Source: Laetmonice hystrix (taxonomy: Eukaryota). From it: DNA of 64,000 nucleotides. Where the stretch lies: positions 14,694,001 to 14,758,000 of the forward strand of contig OZ249439.1 of the NCBI GenBank assembly GCA_965235115.1, read 5' to 3'. A model generated the notes under the pieces. It saw nothing but the letters and a program-made list of their open reading frames with translations, was not told the origin of the DNA and made no database searches. The position numbers and the translations under genes were made by a program. Positions 36,901-49,800 of the stretch are shown here, piece by piece; position 1 is the stretch's first letter, and every line of letters begins with the position of its first letter.

Positions 36901-39900
36901 AGCAGTTGCTGAGAGTGCGCCTCTCTGATCAGCCAAGCCTTCATGACACATACACTTTTGGACAGGTCGGAACAGTTCCCGTGATCTCTTACTGACCTCC
37001 ACAAGCCTCGAGATTAGAAGCGCCTCATGCTCTTTGCCACATTCAGTAGACATTTTCCCCATACAAAGGTGGCCCATGACCATCAGCTGTCAGCAACTGT
37101 TATTTTCTTGATGAACAAAACAACTAAAAAAAGACATAATAACACACTGCAACGCATTCTCTCTCCCCTGATTTAATTTAAAATGTCTAAATCCAAACAT
37201 CTGTACGAAACCAACTGGCAGAAGGTGTCAGTAACAAGAACGTAATGCACACATGTAGGCTTGCTCTACTCTCATTACCCACACGACTGCAATGTAATAT
37301 CCCCATATCTATTCTCCGAAAATCTTAAATTAAGATTTAGACAATGCTTGTATAAATAACGTCTTTTGTTGCAAAGCTTCCTGACCCAAAAAATGTCAAT
37401 AACCGGCAAGAACATACATTGTTTGGCGTCAACTGACTTTATGAAAAACAAAATCACTGTTTTCTTTCTATTCGAGTAAGATGAAGTTGCTGAGGTATCA
37501 GTCCCGTCCTCTCGTAGCTAATTCGAGTGTGAGCGTGGCAGGCAAAGCCTGGATATGTCACGAACACAATGGAGACCTGCAGTAAGGATATACTATTGAC
37601 GTTATATGCTCCATTTTGTATTACGGGGAACGCTGGTAGAGCTGAACCACCTCCCCCCTTTGTGTGCCGTTCTATTTTATCACCATGGGTGTGTCTGCAG
37701 AGATCTTCAAGACTCAAAATGGGCATGTTACATGCAAATGAGAATATGGTGAACACGGTCGATGATGCCCCAAATTAGCATGGGTCTTCCTATAATAGGG
37801 TTGTTCCCATAATAATGTCGCAATTTATTCGGGGTTATTACTCATTGTTATGGGCGTTTTAATATCCTAAATGTAAGCGAACTATATTATCCTTATCAAG
37901 GTAAAGGTGAGCGGTCGGGTTATTGCTTAATAATGCCATCTTTACCGTCGTAATAAACATCTTTAATAATTAAACTATCGTAATTACTCCTTCGTTACCT
38001 CGTCCGCCATGTGTTACCACGGGTTGTTACTCTCATAATTCTGTCGCCATCAGACTTGGGGGTACACCACACCGCGGAACGCAATTATTCCTCACTTGTG
38101 TAATAAAATCATAACGATGAAAATGATCTCGGAGAGTTATGGGCCTCCTTAGGCCAAGCGACAGTGGTGTCGAAAACTGAGGAGGGATCGCTATACAAAT
38201 TCTCTGTAACAACCGGACCGTTCAAGGATGCTATAACAATGAGCTGTATCAATAGTAAAGGCCTTGTGCCAATCGTTGTCAGGTTTTAATACGTTTGAGC
38301 ACACCACAGACAAGGAAGTGAGATTTCTCACTGACATCTTCCTGTCTTCAGACACGAATACGACGTTGACGTCCTTGACTTTATTTACCTATATCCATAG
38401 TATTCCATGCTGCCCGCTCTCCCAACCCAACCAACAGGCCAGCGTCTTGCTGTGCTTGGTGATGTCGAAACTCGATGGCTCATTCAAACAGCACGAGAGA
38501 ATGCCCATTAATTAGCCTCTCCCGGCAGGACAGAGTGGATCGAAAACGGACACCGCCTAGCAATCGCCAGGCTGGTTCCCCAGTGTTGGGACTGACGACG
38601 GCCAATCTTGGTGGCTTCTTAGATAGCACCCTCCCCAAGTGAGACACGTTAAGGAGCAGGTCAGACAAAAGTAGCAATCGGACTGGCGAGATGTGCTGAA
38701 GGGTTCAAAAGTCGTCGGGGCTGTCTCCTCCTGCCGGGCGCCACGTCTCACCATGCCCCTGTCCTCAGATTGTGAGGTAATAGTTCTTCCACATTCCAAG
38801 TCCGTCCTGTTAGAAGTGCTTTTACGTGTTTACGGTGGGCATGGAAGCGTGAAGGGGGTGGGGGTGATTCCCGGCTGACGTGCGCCCACCGGATCCGTAC
38901 TTGTCGGCGCAGACGGGAAGTCTTGATTACGCGTTGCTAGAAACGCGAGTTATTGTTTGCATGGGGATGCATGGAGGGCCTAGCTGGGGCCTGGGGAGAA
39001 GGGTGGGAGTCTGGGTGGGGGGCGCAGCGTGAAGCCAGCGTCATGTCGGTTCGATAGACGCTGGTTTCATGACATGTGGCCCGCTGCGTCTTGGAGACGG
39101 GGATCTCAAACCTGCCCCCTGGCGAGCGCTGCCGGAATACTGCCGGAAGTGGTGCGTCAACCGGAACCGTCCTTGATCTAGGTCCTGCTCCAGGCTACGG
39201 ACGCACCTCCAGTATCGTCTCCAGGCAAGGCACTGGCGGCAAAGTGGGCATCAACACGCGCTGACAATTCATCGTAAAGCAAAACACAACTGCTGAAGGA
39301 AACACCAAACGCCAAAGGCTTTTAGCGCCCAAACTCCATTGACATCACTCAAGTATCTACTTAAACCACCTGCCGCCAAAAGCCTTGCGGCCTAAAGCCT
39401 TGTTCCAGTTAGACTGGCCTCTTTAATCATCGCTGACAGGAGATATCAGGGACTTGATTATCTCTGTTGGCACTAGTAGCTGATCCTCTGAAGATATAAT
39501 GCGCGCGTATTAGTTCCACTAAGTTGAGCACGCTGGCTGCCAGCCCTGCCCGGGCCGATGGCCACGTGGGCGGCGGTCGGTGGCAGCTGGTGCGGACCTC
39601 CGGCCCGTCAGGCCCAGAGACCAGGCGGTCGGCTCCTCATGCGCTCGGCCATGCTACTGCTGGAAGCCATCCTGGGCAGGTAGGTCATCCTGGTTTACGG
39701 CTTCATCCCGGCAAGGCTGCCCCCGTGTTCGGTCGCTCGAGACCACACATCCAAACCGTATTTATCAGGGTCTAACTGCGCCCCTGACTTGCCTAGCGAG
39801 TAGGACCTTTACTCGTCTAGTTTGACATTTATGACTCCCCTATACCAAACTGAAGACTTTGTTTCGCTGCCTGCGACCGTCGTTGCAATTGATTTATGCC

Positions 39901-42900
39901 TTACGTGTCGATGTAGAGATTACAGAGGTTAAAACAAGCAGGTATGCCCCTGCCTGTGGGGGATTTGGGTGGACTTTAACATGTAGGACGGTGTCTGGAA
40001 TCCATTAAAGCAAGCTAATAAATATAAACCCATTCACAGTAAACGGCTTCAATATTGTAGATTAAATGCCACATTTCTTGTCAGCGATAGATCAGCTGAA
40101 AGGAAGGGTTCATATTGATCAGGTTAAAGTTTGTCTTGTGAGCGCCCGTGCGACATAAATCCGGACAAAGATTACAGTAACGGCATGACTTTATTTCTCC
40201 ATCTTTAAGTTTTCATGGTAATTCATATCTTTGACGTACGTAGTGTATACAATGTCTAACCTAATTTACTGTTTGACAGGTTGAACACTTCCAGTATCTG
40301 TAATATTTGTCGTTTTACCCGCAGAACTCCAGTATCCTGTTAAATCATGTTTTACTGCTGTGGTTTGTTTTTCCGGAATTGTACAATGGATGGTCTTTTC
40401 TTAATCAAGATTAATACCAAAACACATCAAATATTTCCAATTCGATTATAACACTGTCTCCATTGAGAGATAAAGATTATTGTTAATGAGGATTCAATCT
40501 GTCCTGCCCATTATGAAGACCATTTTCACAAACGATTCCCGAAATCCACATTACAGATATGAAAGTAGATTTCATGAAAAGTAGCTCACATTAAAAATAA
40601 CGTTTCTCCCCCCCCCCCCCCAAAAAAAAAATCAAAGAATTTCACCTGGGACCATGTATCCTTATCGTGGAAACATTCATGACAGACAATTAGTTTTAAA
40701 CATGGCTTTCCCTGGCTTGATGTATTAATTTCCTGTTTAAGAATTAGAATGTGCCGTTGTAGCCTGGCCTCAGTGTTGAAGTAATTCCTATTATTTCTTT
40801 ACTTTATTACCTTATCGTATGTTTGTTATTTTAGAAAAGACATAGTGTTTGTGACAAAGCCACAGTAATACTGCAACTGTTTGTAGAAGAAATCGAAGAA
40901 AATGCTTGTTTTGAAAACTTTATGTCTGTGTAGTGCAGGAGTGATGTATAGGGCAACTTATGGCTTCGCAATGCTCGGTGCTATGTTCGTTTAGTATCAG
41001 TAATAGCAACTCCATCTAGTAGGTATGACAAATTTTCATCAAGCGTATACATAAATGATGGGAACATTCTAAAAGTTAAATTAAGAATCAGAATTATAAT
41101 TGGTTTATATGACCTAACCAAAATTAGAAGAACACTTTCGCGTGCGGTATAAGACGGGGCTAAGATGGGACTTACTTACCACATGTGCGGGACATTTACT
41201 TCCTTTCTTAAGTTAAGATTCGTAAGAAAATGGCAAGGGGAAGTCACAGTGAATCCCGTCCTTTGATTTTATTTGTCAATATGTCGATTCTTGTCGGAAT
41301 ATGTGCAAGACATCATCTCTTTGTATTTTCATTTTTGGTCCCCATATATCCGAGAGAATTTCAGTGGCCTTAAAAGTCAGTCTGCCATTCTCCTTTAAAA
41401 CTTTCCTTTCATTAAATTTCCTAAGTATCTTGACAGGAGATTTGAGCTAACATGAAATTACACCCCACACCCAAGGTTGACCCCACTACAAGTCATAGAG
41501 AGAGCTCCTCAGTGACCGTCTGCAGTCTGCTCGTCATTCTCTGACTGACGTTTCCCAGGGGACACCGCGCCGACAGTTACCGCCCAAGAAAACGAACACG
41601 TGGTGCCGTAGTTCGTTCAGTGCACATCTTCACTCACGTGGCTTTCTCAAAACTGTTGATAACCTCATTATACGTAGACGCCAACATCTGTCAAAATCTG
41701 CAGGCAGCGTCGGCACCGTCCGCAATGCATATTACAATTATCACTCACCCCGGAGAAACCAAATGCAAAGCAATACCTGGACAAATGGCAGCAACCTCCA
41801 CGCAGCATCACAATTTCTTATTCGAGTGAAAGCGTTAGGTGAAAGTGGAACTCTCCCCCGACAGAGACTAATTACTAGTATACAATGGAGATAGCAAGCC
41901 TCGACAAGCACGTGGACGTCCATGTACAAAGGGCCGTAACCCCCGATATAAGGATGTCCGCTGGATATGTAAAATACATTGCCGACCTCTGCTGCTATCT
42001 TATGATGAAGTAGGATTTGCAGCAGGAGCTGCTTGTATCGTGCTGGGTCTGAGCTGGTTACAATTTCCCGTGTCTGTGGGAGGGAGCGCTCACGTAGCGC
42101 CACGGAAACTGGTTACTAATAAGGCTCAGTTCCGGAGTTATCGCCGCGTGCTTTATCAACTCGAGGCAAACGTAGACCTGCTGACACGTCGGTCAGGTAT
42201 CACACATGTGTTACATGGACCAGTCACACCTTGGCGGATGCCGGTACCGACGCCGTGAATGAAGGAGTGAATTGTTGGTTAATAAGGGGGTGACAATGAT
42301 TTTGCGGGCCAAAATTGTAGCATAGACACCTTTGGACACACGAAAGTCTTAACGGAAGAATAGGTATAGAGCAAGTGAGAGAATTGACACTAAAAACCTC
42401 CCCACAAATAATTCTGCAATACAACGCTTAACCACTTTATTCACCCTAACCTTCATCCCATTTCTCCTCTGAACAACAACAGTGTGTACCATTCTTACCC
42501 CTGGCCCCGGTTTCAGAAAGGCTCCAAGCGGCAAGCTTTAAGTTAAGCAGGGCTACTGTGGCCCACGAGTACACAGACACTTCTTGGCCTGATGTATCAT
42601 TACTGATAACTGACAACATTACTGATAGCAGCTACAAGTCATCCCCCGCTGAGTTTGCCCCATGTCGACCTATGAGGTGTCATGAGTCATCTTGGCCCGT
42701 TGTTTGTTATTACTGATAACTGATAACTGCTACAAGTCGTCCGCAAAGTTTCCTCCCATGAGATGCCATGGGGCGTCTTAGCTGTTCTTGGCATATATTT
42801 GGATAAGTGCACCAAAAATCGCATCTCTCGTGTGGTCACATTTAATTACCTGTAATTATTATGCCTACATCGTTTAGACTAAGAACTGCCTCTGGCGTTG

Positions 42901-43047
42901 ATCTTGGTCATATTTCCCATTTTCGCCTCATCACCACCTTCACCTCATCTCCACTCGCCTCGTTAACCAAACACCTCAGATCAAGTACTTTAAATTCATG
43001 CCAGTTTCCCAATCAAGAGAACATAGGAGAGCAAAAATCACCGGCAA

Positions 43048-45903
43048 ATGGCGTCCCCCCTTAGACAAAAAGGTGTCCACTTTGCTCATTTAAACATATG
43101 TAGTTTATGGAACAAATTTGATACTTTCAAGATTTTCTTGGAGGACAGTAACCTGGCATGCTGTACGTTGTCTGAGACATGGCTAAACAAGCAATTACCA
43201 AATAACTTACTACACGTGCCAGGTTATTCCCTCTACCGCTCAGACAGAAATTTTACAAATATAAATTCTCTAAATATTAAAACTGGTGGTGGGCTAGCAA
43301 TGTATACTAAAGATGAGTTTGCGGCAACTGATAGTAATACTCGTGAAAATAACTTAAGTAATCCTAACATAGAAACACAATGGCTTATCATGGATAAAGA
43401 AGGCAACAAAAAAACCATAATAATAAACCTTTATAGACCCCCTAGTGGAAATATAAATGACTTTTATGAGTCCATGCAACTACAGCTACAAGAAGTACAA
43501 AAATATAAAAATACGGACGTATTTATTATGGGAGACTTCAATATAAATCTACAAGAAACAAATGGAGCAAACGGCCAAAGGCTTGTTAACATCTTTAAAC
43601 GCTATGGTATGCAACAATATATCAATGATGTAACTAGATATGGCCCAACTAGGCACTCCTCAATCGATTTGATTTTCACAAATAGCAAATATATCAACAA
43701 ATGTGGAGTGCTCGACATAAACTTAAGTGACCACGAAATGGTTTTTATCACAAAAAAGAAAGGTAAATCTCCTAAGCGACAATGTACTTTTACCGGGAGG
43801 ACCTATCGGGAGTATAACAAGGAAATTTTTCAACAAACACTAAAAAATCTTGTCTGGACTGACTACTATAATAGCTCATCTCCTGATGAAGCCTGGGAAT
43901 TACTTGAAGCTAACATTAGAACTGTCCTTGACCAAATGTGTCCGATTCAAACATTTAAAATTAGCAAAGTTAAAGAAATCTGGATTACAAATGAAATACT
44001 TGAGCAAATTCATGATAAGGATTACTTTTTAAGGAAGGCTAAAGAGACAGGCAACATGGATGACTGGAACATAGCTCGTAGGCTTAAAAACCGAGTAATA
44101 AATCTTGTTAGGTATTCCAAAGCAGACTATATTAAGAGTAATCTAGAAACATACAAAGACGATGCCAAAAAGTACTGGAGAACCATCAAAAGTGTTCTGC
44201 CTGATGGAAAAAATAATGCTAACAGTGTAATCAAACTTAAGGACGAGACTGGAGAAGATGTTGAAAACTGTAGAACTGCCGCATTTATAAACCAGTTCTT
44301 TGTTTCTATAGGACCTAAGTTAGCAAAACCCCTCAATGCTAAATGGACCTATTATGGACCCTCTTTAGACCAAACCTTTGAACTCAAACCAATAACAAAT
44401 GAATACACCAAAAAGTTAGTAAAGGCTATTAACACGAACAAGTCATCTGCTATTACAAACTTATCATCCCAAATATTAAAAGATGCCTTTAGTGCTCTAG
44501 TCCCCGAATTAACTCATCTGCTCAACCTATCTTTAACCACCAATGTTATACCTCAAGCTTGGAAAGTTGCTAAGGTAGTGCCTCTGCCGAAAGACGGAAA
44601 CTCTGAAGATGTAAATAATTGGAGACCCATATCTCTTTTGCCGCTACCTGGCAAACTCTTGGAAAAATCGGTACATACTCAACTTATGGAACACCTTACT
44701 TCCAAAAATATTCTGGATAAAAATCAAGGAGGTTTCAGGAAAGGTTTCTCCACCACTTCAACAATAGCAAAACTTACTGATGATATTTACTCCGCAATGA
44801 ATAATTCCGAACTAACACTGGCAGTATTTATAGATTTTAAAAAAGCATTTGACACACTAGACCACGATATCCTGCTTATGAAAATGAAACATCTGGGTTT
44901 AAAGGACAATGCAGTTCAATGGTTCAAGAATTACCTACATGGCAGGACACAATTTACAGTAGCCAATGATATAACATCAAACTCACTACCTATCACATGT
45001 GGAGTACCCCAAGGTTCCATACTGGGACCCCTACTTTTCCTGTGCTACATAAACGATCTGTCATCAGCTATTAAATCATCTAAACACAAGTTGTACGCTG
45101 ACGACACTGCTGTTCATCAGTCAGGACCTGACATTAATACTATAAAATATAAATTGCAACATGACCTTAATTCTATTTCCAAATGGTGTGATGAGAACCG
45201 TCTCACAATCAATGCAAAGAAAACAAAGGTCATGATTTTTGGCACACATCAGAAGCTTAAGAGGACTCAAGACCCTGAACTGAAAATTGGCGATTCAAAG
45301 CTAGATGTAGTACAGGAGTACAAGTACCTAGGTGTAACGTTGGATAAAACACTATCTTTTGTAAAGCATACCAAAAATGTTATAAAAACAGCTAGCCAAA
45401 AACTCTATCTTTTGAACAAATTACGTCCTTACCTCACTGACTCTGCCTGTCTCCAAGTTTACAAATCCATGGTCCTTCCGTATATAGAATATGGTGATGT
45501 CTTATATAGTTGTACGAACGTTAAACTACTGGACAAATTGCAACGTATTCAGAACAGAGGACTCAAATTGTGTTTTAGACTACCTCAAACAACTGGTACC
45601 CTGGACATCCACCGAAAGGCCAAACTAAATTTCCTAACAGACAGGAGAGACTCTCATCTATTAAATGTAATGTTCCATCGAAGCAATGACCCAGACTATG
45701 TTGACAATAGAGAAATCCATACCAGGTTACATGACTATGTAACTCTGGTAGTACAACGCCCTAAGAACGCTTCATTCACTAAAAGTGTTTGTTACAGAGG
45801 AGGGAACATTTGGAATAACCTAGATCCCGTTGATAAACAGATGACAACTATAGAACGCTTTAAGTTTAGACAAAAGTCGGTCTTAAAGAGTAAACTGGCA
45901 TAA
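43048..45903 (+). CDS. Non-LTR retrotransposon ORF2: APE endonuclease plus reverse transcriptase (CR1/L2 group), 951 aa, uninterrupted
   Basis: EN motifs HLNICSL, SETW, GDFN, IDLIF, SDH; RT motifs WRPISLL, DFKKAFD, GVPQGSILGP, YADD, YKYLGV; C-terminal SVCYRGGNIWNNL typical of the CR1/L2 group; no CCHC knuckle seen. Confidence 0.97.
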   Translation: MASPLRQKGVHFAHLNICSLWNKFDTFKIFLEDSNLACCTLSETWLNKQLPNNLLHVPGYSLYRSDRNFTNINSLNIKTGGGLAMYTKDEFAATDSNTRENNLSNPNIETQWLIMDKEGNKKTIIINLYRPPSGNINDFYESMQLQLQEVQKYKNTDVFIMGDFNINLQETNGANGQRLVNIFKRYGMQQYINDVTRYGPTRHSSIDLIFTNSKYINKCGVLDINLSDHEMVFITKKKGKSPKRQCTFTGRTYREYNKEIFQQTLKNLVWTDYYNSSSPDEAWELLEANIRTVLDQMCPIQTFKISKVKEIWITNEILEQIHDKDYFLRKAKETGNMDDWNIARRLKNRVINLVRYSKADYIKSNLETYKDDAKKYWRTIKSVLPDGKNNANSVIKLKDETGEDVENCRTAAFINQFFVSIGPKLAKPLNAKWTYYGPSLDQTFELKPITNEYTKKLVKAINTNKSSAITNLSSQILKDAFSALVPELTHLLNLSLTTNVIPQAWKVAKVVPLPKDGNSEDVNNWRPISLLPLPGKLLEKSVHTQLMEHLTSKNILDKNQGGFRKGFSTTSTIAKLTDDIYSAMNNSELTLAVFIDFKKAFDTLDHDILLMKMKHLGLKDNAVQWFKNYLHGRTQFTVANDITSNSLPITCGVPQGSILGPLLFLCYINDLSSAIKSSKHKLYADDTAVHQSGPDINTIKYKLQHDLNSISKWCDENRLTINAKKTKVMIFGTHQKLKRTQDPELKIGDSKLDVVQEYKYLGVTLDKTLSFVKHTKNVIKTASQKLYLLNKLRPYLTDSACLQVYKSMVLPYIEYGDVLYSCTNVKLLDKLQRIQNRGLKLCFRLPQTTGTLDIHRKAKLNFLTDRRDSHLLNVMFHRSNDPDYVDNREIHTRLHDYVTLVVQRPKNASFTKSVCYRGGNIWNNLDPVDKQMTTIERFKFRQKSVLKSKLA

Positions 45904-46175
45904 GCCCTTTATTTTCCCGTAAAATAGATAATCGCCACATGCAGAATCACCTACTCGTAGTTAAGATATCATCTCATTACCATCTCATTTTCTCTCATTA
46001 ACCCTCAAGTAGGTACCCATATATTACTTCTTAGCGTCATCTTGTATAAAAATATAATGTGTAAAGTTGATAAATTGTAACCTTTCTTGGACTGGGCGGT
46101 TTTGAAAACCGGTATCCCACATGTACCGAAAATCTCTCAGTATAAATAAATGAATGAAAAAAAAAAAAAAAAAAA
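43048..46175 (+). mobile_element. LINE element: ORF2, ~250-bp 3' UTR and poly(A); 5' boundary undefined
   Basis: The ORF is followed by a 3' UTR ending aataaatgaatg plus A19 (46157-46175). Confidence 0.9.
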
Positions 46176-46188
46176 CACTTTAACTTTC

Positions 46189-46299
46189 TACATTGATTTT
46201 CATGGCTATTTTCACGGCAGTGGAAGTATCACCACGGTGAGAATATTACCACCACAGTTAAGTATTATCACTGTGAAAATAGCGATGAAAACCAATGTA
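46189..46299. repeat. 27-bp imperfect inverted repeat directly after the LINE tail (MITE-like remnant)
   Basis: tacattgattttcatggctattttcac (46189-46215) vs gtgaaaatagcgatgaaaaccaatgta (46273-46299). Confidence 0.75.
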
Positions 46300-46750
46300 A
46301 ACACTATAAAAGGTTGCCGTAGCTCTGTTTAGCTTAAAGCTTGCTGCTTGAAGACGCCGATTTTCCAATACAGTGGTTCCACTGGAAAAATACGGCATGC
46401 CACGTCGGTGTCGGCATCGGTGTCGATGAAACCAGCGTCTTGTATTTATGCCAACATGAGCGTCGGTGGCGGTGTGAACGCCCCATTAGACATCCGCTAT
46501 CACGGCCGACCGAATGTCGGAATGCAGACGTGCTGTGAGATCACCGATTAACCTGTGAGAGATACACCCTCGACTTACTCTTATATAACTTCAGAGGGTT
46601 GGCAGTGATTAATGCTAGGGGGGTGATCACCATTAATAGAGCAGCCTCTGTACATCGCAGTACCATTATCATTATGGCTGCCATCGTAATCTTCATCCAC
46701 CATTTGCGGCACACCTCAGTCTAAATATAGGGTAAAATCAAAGAGTTTAC

Positions 46751-46838
46751 CGAGTTTACACGCAATACATTGCCTTCCATTCTCCTTAATGTATCGAGTT
46801 TACACGCAATACATTGCCTTCCATTCTCCTTAATGTAC
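46751..46838. repeat. 44-bp tandem duplication
   Basis: cgagtttacacgcaatacattgccttccattctccttaatgta(t/c) x2. Confidence 0.9.
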
Positions 46839-49800
46839 CGACGGTCTATTAACCCGATTAAAATATCGTGCAAGGCAATGCCCGCATGGGCGGTCTGATC
46901 CAATCCGGCCGGGTCTGATCCAATAGTCGGGGATAAAGAAGTGATTGGAGCTCTGGAAAGAAACTACAAGACATTTATTGAATAAGTCACATTTGAAATT
47001 GAATTTTCTATCATGGTGTTGCAACAAAAGGTAGAAGTGAGTGAAATATGACATTAACTTTCTATATTTACCCAACACACTCTATAAAGGGAAGGTAGGT
47101 GCAATCACAACTCGAGTGTCTAGCACTAGACACGTCACTGGGTAGTAATCCACCTGTATATAATGTGGATGGGATAGCTGCTCATCCATTACTAAAACAA
47201 CGATATGTTATTGGTTGAAACGGATATCTAGCCCGATTCGCTTCCCTGCATGGTCCAGCCACGTGTGTAATCTAGTAAACCCATCCATGCTTGACTATGG
47301 AATGGGGATTGTCTCTTTTTATGGACATCATTAGCTGGCGTCTTCGATCCTGAAATAGGAATCCTGCGGCATGGTTTATTGGTCGATTACGGACCTCAAC
47401 AGGAACTTCAGGCAAGGGGTCACTCCATGACCTTCAGGCTCAGCCAGAAATAACACCCTGTGTACTGTAGGAATCTTCATCACGGGGAGGGAGCGCAATG
47501 GGGGGACTGTCTGACTTTAAGAAAGAGACACACACAAATAGTATACATTCCTTAAGTGAAGGTAGGACGCTAGCAGAGATCGGCTAGAAGTTAACAGGCA
47601 TTGATGGTCACGTGACGCTGAACTCATTACGTGACGTCCTCAGTGGTCGGTCGCCATAACTAGTGCCTTATCGACATGAGCCTGGCGGGCGGCACTGAGC
47701 CGCACCCCTCGTCTTATTGAACGCCAATCAGAACGCGCAATCCTCTTTCAGAAAGTGCCATAAAGCCTCGAACCCCATGGCCTTATACCAGCACATCGTA
47801 CGGTCAAGATAAAACTCTCATGGCCGATCTCCTCAGCCCAATTGGCCATTTAGCGCGCCATATCCTGCCGACGATTTCCTTGCCATATTGACAGCATTAT
47901 TACTTCTTTGTTCCGCCGTGATCCCGAGACTGATTGTTTGGTTCTGGTAGGAGACCTTCCTACCCCTCAGTCTCCGTGTAATTGAGTGGCGGTTCTACCC
48001 TGGGGCTCAAGACATCGAGACTTCCAAGAAACTCAGAAACTTGCCTACCTTCGGGCAACGACGGAGATTACTTGATAAAATATCAACAGGCATGAGGCAA
48101 TACATTCCCTGCATGATTTCCATTCTCGTTATATCTACGGTGTATGAATTCCTATGTATACCTGATCTTCAAACACGCTCCTTCCCTTTTTTTAATCCTC
48201 TGTTACGTCCAGTTTTGCATTCCGGGAATGTATTGAGTTGGATTCTCAATAAGCAGTTCCTGTTCCTCATGTAAGAGTTAGTTTTATTTTGACCGAAGTG
48301 CTCCAGTTGGTTCTGGTCATCCCTTCATGAGGTGTTACGTCTGCCCGTCCATTACTGGTGTTTCTCCTTATCTTACCGTCACTCATACTGAGGTGCCCAC
48401 TTACAGTATAGGTCTCATGGTCGTTTATTGGTGGGGTTCTGTTGGGTCTGATCCTCACTTACTGGAGACTTCCTTCTAGGCCTGATGGTTGCTTACTATC
48501 GCTTCCTCCTAGAGTAGGGATGACTGCCACTCACTGCGGCCTAACCTCCTGAGTCTAGTCGTCCCTCCAGGCTGTAGGTATGATCATACCAGGCCATCGC
48601 CAAGTGGCTGCCAGAGAGCGGAAGACACTAAAACACTCGCTATGAGGCTCGTCCTCCGGCTCGACCCATCTTTAACGCTCTAATGGGGAATAAACTCTGA
48701 AGTTGCCGGGCACTCCCAGGAGATGTGGCCGGCATTCCCGAGGTCTACCTGAGTCGTCAGGGTAACTCTGCCCGTTCTCCAAATATAGCGAGAAATCGAA
48801 GAATAACAGATTTCCCGCGATCCGGTGGTCTGAGTGTGACTGGCAGAGCGGGTGACGAGGCAGCCTGGAGACTCGGAGGACCACTAGACGTCACCGCGGC
48901 CAGTTAGACGGGCGATGGAGGAGTTAGGAACAGACAACCTCTGGGAAGAGAACGGCCGCTATCAGCTGCTTGGTTTTCTCACATTGCCCGTTTTGCTGCT
49001 CACACGTCTTACAAGATTGTATAAAAACAGATCAACTTTGTGATATTGGACCTTACAAAAGGGGCGATGAGTTGAACCACCGTCGTATATAAGGCACAAA
49101 AAGACAAAGAAAAGCTATAAGACCTCAGTATATGGGTTCATTTTTGAATAGCTGTAGTAGAGTGGAACGCAGATTTTAATTTGTTCTAAGAAATAGCTGC
49201 CGAATGCATGGGCAGCCCTTGTGATACAGGTTGAATCGGCCTTCGCCAGTGGATGATACTGGAAGTTGACGGTCCTAACATTCCGCGCTTACATGTTAGC
49301 CGGACGGTTAATTAAGAATATGATTTTACAGTAGTGCAGTTACCTTGCCCATTGTTGATCATAATTAGGGCAGTACTTGAAGTCCGGTTCGCTGATTATC
49401 ATTGCTGACGTTGTTATGCGTCACCGTTAGACGTCCTGATTGATTTCTTCCCATTCAGACCTTGCCGCCATACTCTCACAACCATTCATTGTGTAGCATG
49501 TAGAACCGCTCTTTATCCTACGAAAAGGACTTCTTACGCAAGCACATCCTTAATTGTGTTCTTGCTCTTTAAGAACACATCATTGGCGTGATCACTTCAG
49601 ATAAACGTATAATAGAATTTTGGTGAGGTTCTTGGTGTCTCTTTATGGTTGATCCTGATGGACGTCAAGCTACGTCATGAGTGAATAAAGAGTGATGACT
49701 TTACGTCATGCCGGGAGCTAAAGCTGTCTTCATGGCTTATACAAGATGTTAACAACTATTGTCCTCATGCCACCCTGGCACGTCGGTATATTGTTATGTA

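Noticed and set aside
42470-42510. 2A-like ribosomal skipping motif upstream of LINE ORF2 (ILTPGP)
   Set aside because: It lacks D-[VI]-E-x-N, and is bounded by stops with no frame continuity to ORF2.
41128-46185. Target-site duplication for the LINE (aacacttt at ~41130 or cacttta at 42433)
   Set aside because: Matches of 7-8 bp over several kb of AT-rich sequence are expected by chance.
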